From: Lingula anatina
Taxonomy: Eukaryota > Animalia > Brachiopoda
Assembly: GCA_051362555.1 (NCBI GenBank)
Contig: CM120645.1
Location: forward strand, 10,106,001-10,170,000
DNA length: 64,000 nucleotides
Direction of reading: 5' to 3'
The position numbers and the translations under genes are program-made. A model generated the notes under the pieces. That model was not told the DNA's origin. It saw nothing but the letters and a program-made list of their open reading frames with translations, and did no database searches. Shown one piece after another: positions 40,200 to 52,600 of the stretch (within the stretch, counting starts at the first letter, position 1; the number at the start of each line of letters is the position of its first letter).

Positions 40200-42312
40200 A
40201 GAGCGCTGAAGTTTCGTTTTTCAAAAACGATTCTAATGCCCAGAAAACAGAGTTGTTTTTCGAATAACGATTCTGGCAGCCAGAAACTAGTGTCGTTTTT
40301 TCAAAAAAGATTCTGAGAGGCCAAAATCGTTCTTGCAAAGAGAAACAGGAGCGGAGGAAGTGAGAGGCAACCTGTGATTATTTTCTACCGCGACCAGTTA
40401 AACCCTCACCGTGGAAGCCTCTCCTCACCGTGCGCTGAGACCGAGACGGTAGTCGGTTATCTCCTACGGTGTACAGGTAGCAATCACCGCTGAACTATTG
40501 TTTAGCTGGGGTTAGAGGGGGAGATGAGGGTGAAAAGCCCCACCACTCCTCGGGATCTCACTAGGTAGTTTGAACCTAGTGAAGTATAATTTTTAATTTT
40601 ATTGAATTTTTCAAAAACGATTCTGATGCCCAGAGACCAGTGTTGTTTTTCGAAAAACGATTCTGGCAGCCAGAAACTAGTGTCGTTTTTCAAAAACGAT
40701 CCTGAGAAGCCAGAATAATTTTTGCGGAGAGAAACAGGGGTGGACGAAGGGAGAAGCAAGCAGCAGTGAGCGTATACCGCGACTAGGTAACCCTCATCGC
40801 GAAAGCCGGGCAGGTTCTTACGGTATCTCTTCGACGTGCGCTGAGACCGAGACGGTCGCCGCTTATTGCCTACGGGGTACGTGCAACCCTCATCGCAGAA
40901 GCTTGCTAGGGTGTTTACAGTGTTACGGTCTTTCCTCGCCGCGCTGGGAGGCCGAGTTGACCGTCTGTACCAGTCACAGTCAGCATGCACAGCGGAAGCC
41001 GGGAGTGGAGTTTAAGTGGGGGTGGGGGTGGGGGTGGGGGAATAAGGGTGAGGTTGAAGAGGGGACTCCCTTTGTAGTTTGAAATATAATTTTTAATTTT
41101 ATTGCATTTTTGAAAAGGATTCTGATGCCGAGAACCCAGTGTCGTTTTTCGAAAAACTAGAAAGTAGTGTCGCTTTTCAAAAACGATTCTGAGAGAAGCC
41201 AGAAATCTTTTGCAAACAGGTAAGGGGTGGACAGAGGGAAAGGCAACCGGCATGCTACCGCAACCAGGTAACCCTCATCTCGGAAGCCGGGCAATATGTT
41301 ACGAACTCTCAGCGCTGTGTGCACGGTAAGGCGGAGACGCCCTCTGATAAGCGTCTACAGTGCACAAGTAGCCTTCACTGCGGAAGCCGGGCATGATGTT
41401 AAGGTTGTTGGGAGAAGGCGGGGTTGAGGGTAAGGTTGGGTTAGATGCCCAAAAATCAGTGTCGTTTTTTGAAAAACGATTCTGGCAACCAGAAACTAGT
41501 TTCGTTCTTCAAAAACGATTCTAAGAAGCCAGAATATTTTTTTACGGGGAGAAACAGGAGTGGGCAGGGGAGAGGCAACGCGCGATTATCGTCTACCGTG
41601 ACCAGGTAACCTTCACTGCGGAAGTTGGAAAGGGTGTTATACGTTTTCTTCTCGCCGTGCTCTGAGACCGAGACGGTAGCGGTCAATGAAATAGGTGTCT
41701 TTTTTAAAAAACGATTCTGGCAAGAGAAACTACTGTCCTTTTTTAAAAACGATTCTGAAAAGCCAGAATCTTTTTTATTTCAATAAAATTAAAAATTATA
41801 CCTGAAACTACAAAGGAAGAACCTGGGGGCCTTCCCCTCCTCACTCTCTCCCGCCAACCCCCAACCCCACCAAAGCACCCTTCACGGTTTTCGCTGTAAA
41901 GGCGGCCTGTGCCTCGTATAGGCGGTTATCTAGTCTTCAGCGCACGTCGAGAAAAAAAACCAAAACTCTCAAATACCCTGCCCGGCATCGGCGGTGAAAG
42001 CTGCTTGTGCGCCGTAGGCAATGATCGGCGACCGTCTCGGTCTCAACGCACGGCGAGGAGAGACCGTAACACCCTGTCCGGCTTTCATAGAGTTATTTAG
42101 TTGCGGTACACGCACACCGCTGGTTGCCTCTCCCTCTGCTCACCCCTGTTTCTCTCTGCAAAAATGGTTCTGGCTCCTCTTTTTGAAAAACGAAACTATA
42201 GTTTCTGGTTGCCAGGTTCGTTTTTGAAAAACGACACTAGTTTCTGGTTGCCAGGTTCGTTTTTGAAAAATGAAACTGGAAACTAGAAACTAGACACTAA
42301 CTTCAGCGCTCT
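40200..42312. mobile_element. Non-autonomous Mutator/foldback-like element with modular internal repeats
   Basis: TIR AGAGCGCTGAAGTT; 9-bp TSD GTGTTAAAT / GTGTCAAAT; repeated motif TCGTTTTTCAAAAACGATTCTG...CCAGAAACTAG in ~400-450-bp modules. Confidence 0.78.
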
Positions 42313-42959
42313 GTGTCAAATTTACTATGAAATGCTAGTTAATGAAGTACAGATGTGCATTGAATGTATAAATTGTCACATATGATATTGGTCGGTCTGA
42401 GTACAATTAGAAAACTAGCTATAGTCTTTAAATTGTTTTTATTATTTTTAATTTTAATTAATTATTTTTATTTTCTGTAATTTTGGGTTTATTTTTATTG
42501 TTTTAGATTCACGGTATACTATTTTTCAGGTCAGCTGATAATTTGAATGAACCTGTTATTTATTTAGATAAGATACATTGGTTATCAAATGTTTAAGTTG
42601 CATTTACAATATTAGAATTTCAATTTATGTGAGCACAGGAACAAGTAGCAATATATATCCCCCGGCTTCAATACTCTCAACATCAATACCCCCCCCCCCC
42701 CCCCCCCCAATACACACACACACACACACACACACAGCATAGAATATGTAACATTCACAACAGATTATCTGATATTAAAACTTCTCTGTAATACAATGTT
42801 TTCAAAAGTGCGCTTTTCCTGGACCCAAAAGTGACACATTATTATAAATGCCTTGAGAAAATAAGGAAACAATCACAGAATCGTTATGTGGATTTTCGCG
42901 GCTTTTCCAAGACGTCCGCGCCGAAAGCGCCATCTATTTCCGTTGTGTCGAGAAGTTAA

Positions 42960-45420
42960 AGGGTTTGCTTCATGCCGTCAGAATGGCCTGAACGGAACAT
43001 ATTCTTCAGAAAACATGCCCAACTAACGATATCTTTATCCAAATACACAAATTAAAAGCTCATTTTGTAAATTTTTGGCTTTAAAAAACGTCCTATTTGC
43101 TCGGCCTGGGAGTTAATGAGCTACGTGGTCACGTGGTCCAATGACGACAATCGAGCCACTGGAGAACAGAGCGTGCTTAGCTGTCAAACTGAGCTGCATT
43201 GTCTACCTGTAAGATGACTTCTCTGGCTTCTGATAAAAGTTTATACTCATTCAAATCTCTTACCCGAAGGGTCTAAATCCTCGTGAAGCTGTGTAAAACC
43301 ATTTCCCGTCTAGTCATTTCTTTAACAAGCATTTCATTATGGTTATCCCAAGTTGTATAAAACACTGCATTTGAATGAGTTAAGGGAAATGTTGATTATT
43401 GCATATGAGGTCCATGTTATTTGTGAAATTAAATTTATTTTATTAAACCGCTGACACTCCGTCTTGCATACTTTTATTAAACTGAGGTAAACAATGCCCG
43501 TTACCTTTACAAGTCCTATCTTAATCATCCATCTAACTGGAACTTCCTTTACCTCTTAATTAGAGGGTTAAATGGCATTCAATTTGTCTTGCTTGTACCG
43601 AACGCACTCTCTATCTAAGCTTTACTCCAGTTATCTCAGGTAAAAATCTACCTGTGCGTTAGTTTCAAAGCGCAGCTCCCGTAGACCTGGGGGTACTAGA
43701 TAAAATCTGAACACCAGGTTTATCGAGGAGCTAGAGAAAGAAAGGAAGAATTTTTCCTGCACAACTTCATAGGAATTTTAACACGGACTTGATCCAGCTT
43801 AGACCTCCAAACTAACAGGGTGACATGGGCAATTTTCACAAACAAATCATAAAACTATATTTCAGTTAACCGCCTTTAAAATAAATATACCGTTCTGGGT
43901 AAATTAAAATAGTTATTAAATCGCAAGAATATTTTTGACTTAAATGATGATTTTATTATTAATGGAAATTAAGCTACTATATGAGGTACATATGCTGTGA
44001 TTACGCTGTCCTTCATGTTTTGCGTAAGTTTACATTTTGCTGTATGTGCTTGTAATCTTTTAAAATATGTGCGTACAATTTTTGCAGGTCTGGTTACCCC
44101 CCTGTTATGTGATGAGAGTATTAATTTGGCAATTAGTTCCTTAGCTTATTTGAATAGAATGGCAGTGTAAAATTTTCAACAAGATGTTGGCGAAATAGCC
44201 CATTACTCTTTGTAGGTATTTCCCCCGTCAAAGTTTGTCTAAAATTATCTTTCAATCTTTACTCTTTCAAAGACAGTATAAAGTTACCTGACATATTTTC
44301 ATGTAAACTTAATGACAAGCCAAGTGTCTCCAGTTCATTCCGTACTCAATTTTACCCAAGCAAATTTTTTTCTTGAGTAGATCTTTATAGCACGGTGTTA
44401 TAAGCTTACAAATTTGCAAAAAAAAAAAAAATTGCGTACTGACGCAGAATTTGCGTTTCAAGTTATAAAATAATCAATCTTTTAAATTATTTAATATTTC
44501 AGATGAAATTATCTTCAGAAACAAATCCTCAAAGCATAAACGAATTAGGATAACGAACCATTTTATTATAGCAGTTCCCATTTTTTCTTTAATATAACGC
44601 TCTTTTTCCTGTTTTTCCTCAACACGTTTTCTTCCACGGAAGCTTCAAGATACCCTGAGAGCAATTTCTTTTATTAATGTTCGCGACCGTGTTTGAACTT
44701 AATTGTTTAAGTATTGATATTTAACGTCATTTACAAATACCAATAAAATAATCCCATGAAATAAATGAGATATATTGAAAAATATGAAAGCCCACCAAGA
44801 CGAGTTTCATACCTGTTATTACCTGGCTTGGGAATTGCAGCGGTGCATAATTAACAGGTTTGTTGTAAACGAGCTTTTGGTCAACTACAATGCATTTAAA
44901 ATGCATCAGCAATCAGTAAGTTTGCCAACTGATGACAGTTAATCTGAAAGACTACCAGCTCTTGATATGATCTAAACCACCTGAGGTGACCATGATCTAG
45001 AGCATCGCAACTATTGACACCGAAGTTAGTAAGTCACGGAAGACCGTCACAGACAAAGAAAGATTGTCAACGAGAGCTGCAATTTTGGTGAATCCCACGG
45101 CAACACACAGAGGCATAACGAAAATTCCTCAACTCCGTTCAACACAACTTTCCTTAACTTCTCCGTCTTTATGCACCATGCAGCTCAGTTGAGTCTCATA
45201 GACCTTTATCGTGATTGTCGTCACAGTACCACGTGACCCAGATCTGTTGCTTCATTTTTGCATATTGAGGTGAGGTTTACTAAAACGCTTTTTTTTCTAC
45301 TAACAGATTGTTTTTATAATTTTTAAATGGCGGGGATCGATTAAAACATACCTCTAGTGTATAGATTGAGTGCTGTATCTTCAAAATTCGAGAAATGGAT
45401 TTTTACATGAACATTGTCCT
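42960..45420. mobile_element. Non-autonomous Kolobok-like element inserted in the right TIR of the IS3EU-like element
   Basis: TTAA duplicated at 42956-42959 and 45421-45424; AGG...CCT ends; subterminal inverted motif GGTCACGTGGT....TGACGACAATC at ~43127 and ~45212-45238; no long ORF. Confidence 0.75.
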
Positions 45421-45589
45421 TTAATGTGTTGTGTTGCGATTTTCTTTGGTGTTGTGTCGAGAAGTTAAATGTGTCGTGTTGAAATTGTGTTGTGTGTTGA
45501 GCGATTTTGTTGTGTGTTGTGGCACTTATACGCTTCCATACCTTTTCTTTAGAAATGTGTTAGCTTAATATGATCAGGGAATTATATCC

Positions 45590-46485
45590 GAGCCCCATTC
45601 CCATACCTAATTCGATCTAACAGGATGGACCCATCTCCGAGTAGGGGGGCCCTGAAGTTACATCCCATTTCCATAGATTTTAGATCGATCTATCCCTGTG
45701 GGGAGTCTCACTAGAAGCTGTAAGGGGGTAATTTACTATGGTGCCCGCTCGGCTGACTGCAATTTAGCGTGAACCCCCAGGGAGTTAGGTCGGTCTAAAA
45801 CTTAATCTTTAGATCGATCTAAATCTCTGGGAAAGCACCCTTAGTGTCTAGGTTCCAGTATTGTAGACAAATACCCTTACGACGTACACGGAGTTTTCGG
45901 TAGTCATTCTGTGGATATAGTTGGCCTAGGCCCTCGTCCTCCTTCACTGTGTGGTTTCTTCCACCTGCCCTGAAACATGCGGTGAAAATTTTACTTTTAT
46001 TTTAAAAACGTCTATTTCCGTAAGTCACTGCGGCCCTGCGGATGAACATTTAAGCTGTATTCCCAGAGCTTTTAGATCTATCTATCCCCGCGGGGAGTCT
46101 CACTAGATTACTGTCAGATAATCCGGCTTAAATGTCCGTCCCGCATACTACAGGCTGTAAGGGGATAATTAACTTTCGTGTCCGCTCGGCTGACAGCTAT
46201 TTAGCGTGAACCCCCAGGGAGTTAGGTCGATCTAAAGTAGATCGATCTAATCTCTGGAATGGGGTCTTAAGGTGCTTTCCCAGAGATTTAAATCGATCTA
46301 AAGATTAAGTTTTAGATCGACCTAACTCCCTGGGGGTTCAGGCTAAATTGCAGTCAGCCGAGCGGACACCAGAGTTAATTACCACCTTACAGCTTTTAGT
46401 AGGCGGGACAGACGGCCAAGCTGACAGTAATCTATTGAGACTCCCCACAGGCATAGATCGATCTAAAAATCTATGGAAATGGGGT
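45590..46485. mobile_element. Cluster of ~200-bp AGATCGATCT MITEs (PIF/Harbinger-like)
   Basis: Copies at ~45665-45840, ~46055-46267 and an inverted copy at ~46271-46485; same family as 56448-56662 and ~60858-61070. Confidence 0.75.
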
Positions 46486-48289
46486 GGTAGATGCGTAGGT
46501 AAGGCCTCTATTTGTAGTTTGAGGGTGAAATGGGGTCAGTGTATAAATTATTCTGTTGACTTTATACATTGTTTTGAAGACTTCAGGTACATGTACCTTT
46601 CTGAGGCCAATATGACCCTTAAGAATTGCTATAAAATCCCTACATAATTCCCGACGATATATTTCTATTGGATTTTTGTCCCAAGGCATCCGCCGCAGAC
46701 AGTCCTGCCAACCCTGCTCCCAGTATATGATAACCCTGTTCTTGCTGACTCCAGTGGAATCCATATTTGTTGATATCGGGCAGCTCGGTTTTATGTCAAA
46801 TACTGCAGCTTATATTGGCTGGTTAAGCGGCGGTGAATGCCGCGATATACTGACTGGAGTGTATGATGAGTCATGTCAGGTCAAGAGATGGAGGATTGTG
46901 TCATCTGAGGCCAAGAGGTAGATGCCATATCAGGAAAAAAAGTACATATCTTAAAGCAGCTCCTATGAATGATGCATTGAATAACAACAGAAACACAGTG
47001 TATCAGTTATAAAATCAATCCAGATTTATTATGACTTTGAAAACGTAGTTATACAAAATTGAAAAGAGGAAAGGAATGGACACTTATTTAAAGGAAAGCA
47101 CTCAGAGAGCACAAACCTCTAGCTGCCAAGGTGATTCAATTCTCATAATTGTTATCAATTAATTAATTATTGATTTACTAATTAATTCAGGGATGGCATT
47201 GGAAATTTCATGACCTTTTGCATAATGTTGCTCACAGACATTAATTAATTTATTAATTAATGGATCATCATCAAAATCCAATAATTAATTACTGGGTCCC
47301 TCAATCCTGACAGTTTCTTAAAATTGCATCAAAATCAGTCAGACAGACAAACAGAACCAAAAGCATAACCTCCAGGTTGAAAAAGTGGGGGCATCTCAAT
47401 AATCCAAAGGTTCATTAGTCCGAAAGATCATTGGTCCGAAAAATTGTATGCATGCACCTCTGAATGAATTTAGCTTTATTGCCAGCACACTATACACTTT
47501 ATTCATGCATTAACTCAGACTATAGAACCTTTGGACTATTACTACGGCCCCGAAAAAGCAGTACTATAACAAAGTACCTTCAAGATCTGTATAAGCTGAA
47601 TACCTATAATGCCTTAAGTAACACAAAATACTGCATCAGTCTTACATGCCTATTTGTATTAATAACTGATACTGTAATAATAATATCCAGTTAGTGCTTA
47701 TTATTTCTTTGGCTTTTCATTATCCTACTAGTACCAATACTTCCACCTTCAGTGACCACACATGCAACTTTTCTCCAGCATATGCAGCATACTGAGTAAT
47801 TATCTCTATAGTTTATATCCTATCAAAGTATCTATTGATTTAACATTTCAAACCTTAAATCATAGGTTTGAATATACACCCTTTTTTGCAGGGAAAAGTC
47901 GGCTCCATGTAAAAATTTATTTAGGTACGTGTACGTATGGTAAAAGGTCCACTTTTTCAGAACTTCCCCCCTTTTGAACTACCTGGCTACAGGCCTTTTA
48001 AGAGAATTAAAATTCTTAGTCTGATGGTAACTGGAGCACCACTAGTACTTTGCAAATGAACTTATTCAGACTATATGCAGAATAATGTAAATATGTATTG
48101 TAGATATTAGTCCATGAGCCGTACACTTTGTTGGTACCAAAAAAGGGCCAAATTCTCATAGTAATTTTTAGTAAGGCCTATGTCTCTAGTGTCCAAATAT
48201 GTGTGATAGCCTTCTCAATTTGGTAGCTTTTTATGATCTATCACACATTATATAACCCCGCCCCTCCTGTAGCAAGGGCTTTTTTTCAG

Positions 48290-49330
48290 ATGGGGGTGGG
48301 GGAGAGAAAATTCTCACAATATCAATATGGTAACAGGTACATCAATAAATTATATATCATTATGTAGGCAAGGGATAGTGCAATCAACTGCTGAACTCAC
48401 TCAAGCATGACAAATAGTCATGGGTCATCGATAATGGCGCAAAGGTCAAATGAGGTCAAATTTTGGTAATTTTTTGTAAAAGTGAACATGAAAGTTTCCA
48501 ATAAAATTCCATTGGATCTCAGAAATGGGTTTTAAGCTATAATTCCAACAAATTAGGCAAAAAAGAGGTATTAGAATGATTATGGGATGTTTCTTATCAT
48601 TATTGGGAAAATTGTGGGGTTGGATGTGCAAGCATAGTGAAAATTAGCCATTTCTCAAATATGGGGGTAGGGGTGAGAAAATGCTCACTATTTCAATATG
48701 GTAACAGGTACATCAATAAATTATATATCATTATGTAGGTAAGGGATAGTGCAATTAACTGCTGAACTCATTCAAGCATGACAAATAGACATGGGTCATC
48801 GATAATGGCGCAAAGGTCAAATGAGGTCAAATTTTGGTAGTTTTTTGTAAAAGTGAACATGAAAGTTTCCAATAAAATTTCATTAATTCACAGAAATGGG
48901 TTTAAAGCTATTATTCTTCTACATTAGGTAAAGAAGAGGTATTAGAATGATTATGGGATGTTACTTATCATTAATGGGAAAATTGTGGGGTTGGATGTGC
49001 AAGCATAGTGAAAATTAGCCATTTCTCAAATATGGGGGTAGGGGTGAGAAAATGCTCACTATTTCAATATGGTAACAGGTACATCAATAAATTATATATC
49101 ATTATGTAGGCAAGGGATAGTACAATCAACTGCTGATCTCACTCAAGCATGACAATTAGTCATGGGTCATTGATAATGGCGCAAAGGTCAAAAGAGGTCA
49201 AATTTTGGTAATTATTGGAAAACCTGAACATGAAAGTTTCCAATAAAATTCTATTGAATCAACGAAATGGGTTTGAAGCTATTATTTCACCACATTAGGT
49301 AAAAAAGAGGTCTAAGTTTGATTATGGGTA
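48290..49330 (+). repeat. 371-bp tandem repeats in the left TIR of the Academ element (about 2.8 units)
   Basis: ATGGGGGT(A/G)GGG unit starts at ~48289, 48661 and 49032. Confidence 0.9.
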
Positions 49331-49638
49331 TTATTTTAATGAACGGAGAAGAATATGTATGTTTATGACGTACAAAGCCGTCATCAAATTTCACTTAATA
49401 GAATTAAGTTTAAGATTTCACCAGACATTCATTACATTGAAATTAAGCCATAAATAAAGCAGGGGATATCTGTTCATCAGTTGCAGTTTAAAATATACTG
49501 CTACTGTACTGATATTTTAGAAATTTAAACATACAAATAAATAATAATGATAATACCTTTTAGCCACTTTCAGTTAACAACATGTATACATGTACACATT
49601 TTTCATATAATCTGCAGTCCTCAAAATGCAAATGCTAC

Positions 49639-52600
49639 TTAGTCTAAGTCATCTACTTCAGTCTCATTGTCACTGTCCCATTCTTCAATACTTTGCCGCG
49701 CCATGTTCTCGCAGTTATTGTTTCTGCACATGTCCGTGCATTGGAGGCCGTTTGCCATGCACGGACAGTTAGGTGGAGCACATTCTCGGGAACAGGTACA
49801 TGCCAGCAAGTCCAATACGGCCTGAGGTGCCGGCTGACCATCCATCCAGTCAATTACTAGCCTTTGCTTGGAATCTTCTTCAATTATTTTCCATCCTCTG
49901 TCGACTGGACTTGGTATATCTGGGTCATTTTCCAGACATCTCTTCCATATTGCTGCTTGGTAGTTTGCTCGTAATGCATGTTTTGACAAGCAGTCTTTGC
50001 AAGGTGGCAGCTGATGGCTTTCTATCTCACCTTTTTTTGCACAAAAAAGGTGGTACCTAAGGGTATTTACTTGAAGAGCACAATCATTTGAACCATACAT
50101 CTGGCAAGTAAAAGCCTCTAATCCCTCCATTAAACCTGGAGCCAAATCCCACTCCTGCCCCAATGAAGTGAAGGTGGCCTGAACATCTTTGTTTTTCCTT
50201 AACATTCTCAAAGCTGCTAACTTCCCTTTCCCTGCAAATGCACTCACTGTATCACAGCCTGTATATGCGTGTAGTCCTATTAGAGATTGACACACACCGC
50301 CACCAACTGTTTCACCAATCTTCCTAATATCAAGAATCTTCCTTCTGTTCCTGTTCCCATGCACTTGAAATACCTGTGCTCTTATACGCTCATGGAAAGC
50401 TAAGCACATAATAAAGACATCTGTGTCATCTGAACGTATGAAAACTGCAGTGTATCCCTGTGCTGAGGCATGAGCTGCATGTAGTACTAGCCGGCCATCA
50501 GCTTCCTCTTGGCTACACTGAAGGGCTGCCACCTCTTGGCTTCCATCACGAGTGATTCTACAGCATTTGTCATTGTTAGTGACATAAAGTGTCTTTTCTT
50601 GAAGCTTTTGGGTGTACTCTGTTTTCTGCCATTCATTGGTAATGAAGGCAATCAAATGAGATTTGTTGTAGACATGGCTTAAGAAAGACCTCCACTTTCG
50701 TACTATCTGCGATGCTGTGATCACTCCTTCTAACCTTTGTCCTGCATCTTCCCCCCTGAGAGACCGCTCACTGTTTTTGATGGACATTTCTCTATAGGTG
50801 TCAAATACCACGTCAATCCTCCTACTCTGACCTCCTTCATTCATTGCCATGTTAAAAACTGCTCTGGATACATCTCCAAATGTTGCTGGATCCCTGATGC
50901 GCTGGACAAGACCCATACCATCTACAATTGTAGCAGAATGTTTAGGTATCTGAAGCTGCTCTACTTCTGGTACATTTTTTTGCAAAGCTGGGACCAAACT
51001 AGCCTTGTTGGTTTTTCGTAGAGATCCTTCAGGAGTTGACAGTGCCCACGGTAAGGGTCCCAGAGGATGTGTCAATATATCTGACATTTGAATGTGACGT
51101 GCCTGAGCCATTATTATGATTCTCCCGAATAGTGACCTGTCAGCTTTCAATACAATGGTTCTGCCATTAGAGCTCACTGGTTTCTTCTTATTCAAATTGC
51201 TGAATGTCTTAAGATTCAGCCTCTTCAAGGGATCATAAAACTGCTCTTCTGGTGGATCATGCTCTAGACGCTGTTTAATGAATTTTTTGTACTTATCTTC
51301 TCCATACTCGAAAGCCTTCAGTAGATCAGAGGCAATATCAGGGGTGGCAGCTTTTGCTGTAGAAATACTGATTAAACTTTGGCTCGATGAAAAAGGGTTT
51401 ACCCAGCTTCGTAGCAAACTAACCACTTCAGAAACAGCTTCTTCGTCTTTCGTAAGCCTTGATTCCTGAAAATCAGAATGACATTCCATCCTACTGATTT
51501 GGACCATATCTCTTAGTTGACCCAGGAATGCACTACGGTGTTCGGCCGTAATGTAATATCTTTTGACTGCACCCGACTTCAGACTGAACCGCGTTGTTCC
51601 TCCTGGTGTCTGGGTATCCTTATTCACTGTGACCTCTGTGGCTTGATCAACTGGTAATCTGCCAAAGGGATTGGTGCTGGACATTTGGACTGAAAAATAA
51701 CCAGACATAAAAGCTTCATACACATCAGGTTTTTCCTCTGGAAGATTAGACATCTTTGCATAATATGCTGGCAAGTACCTGGCATAATTGAGTTTATCGT
51801 AGGCAAAACACCAAGGGATCATGGATTTTATGGCCCTGAGGTGCAGCTCCCAGTTTCCCTCACGTGAAGCACGCAGAAGACCTAGCAGCACATCTTCTAC
51901 TATATCAACATAGGACATCCAAAATGCTGACAGTTGCCCATTTCTAAGTCGGAGGTGTTGCAGGAAACTATTCCAGTGGTTGTGTAGGGCCAACAGGACA
52001 GGGCTCTGTAACAGTGTTTCGAAGCTGGTTTGGGACAAATCATTAGCCAGGTCATTGACTTGATCCCACACTGTGTTGAGGTTTAAGTTATCTATGGGGT
52101 GTTGTTCAATCCAAAGAAGAAACTCTTCCCAAGCTAATCTCATAAAAGCTTCATAGATGTACTTGTGGACTCGCACAGCTCTGTTGTACATCTTCCCATC
52201 CATCACTCCATTGACAGACCCCTCTGCTACAATCCCTGATTCTATGCATATATCCCTCAGACCTGCATCTTGAAAACGCTTTCCAATAATGGACATAACA
52301 TTGCATATTGTATGGAACACTCCCAATCGCAGTACAATGTTTTCGTATTTCTGTTTCTGCTTCCACATGATTTCTGCAGCTTTGGCAAAGAGGGCTTGGT
52401 CCATGACTACAACAATGTTTGGTAGCATAAGCTCCCTCCTTATCAGCTCAGACTGATTCATAATTTCAAATACAGTAGAAATTTCAGTTGCTGGGGCATT
52501 GATGGTAGGAAGGTATCCGATGTTGTCATTCGTGATTGGTTCCAAATCTCTACACGCTATGTTAAATCCAGTCCAGCTAGGTACACTTTGCTTCTCTCTC

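Larger units (their letters stand above)
39431..45540. mobile_element. Non-autonomous IS3EU-like element with ~500-bp TIRs, hosting two nested insertions
   Basis: TATGG...CCATA termini; 6-bp TSD CCTTTT at 39425-39430 and 45541-45546; left TIR 39431-~39945 matches ~42555-42959 joined to 45421-45540. Confidence 0.8.
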
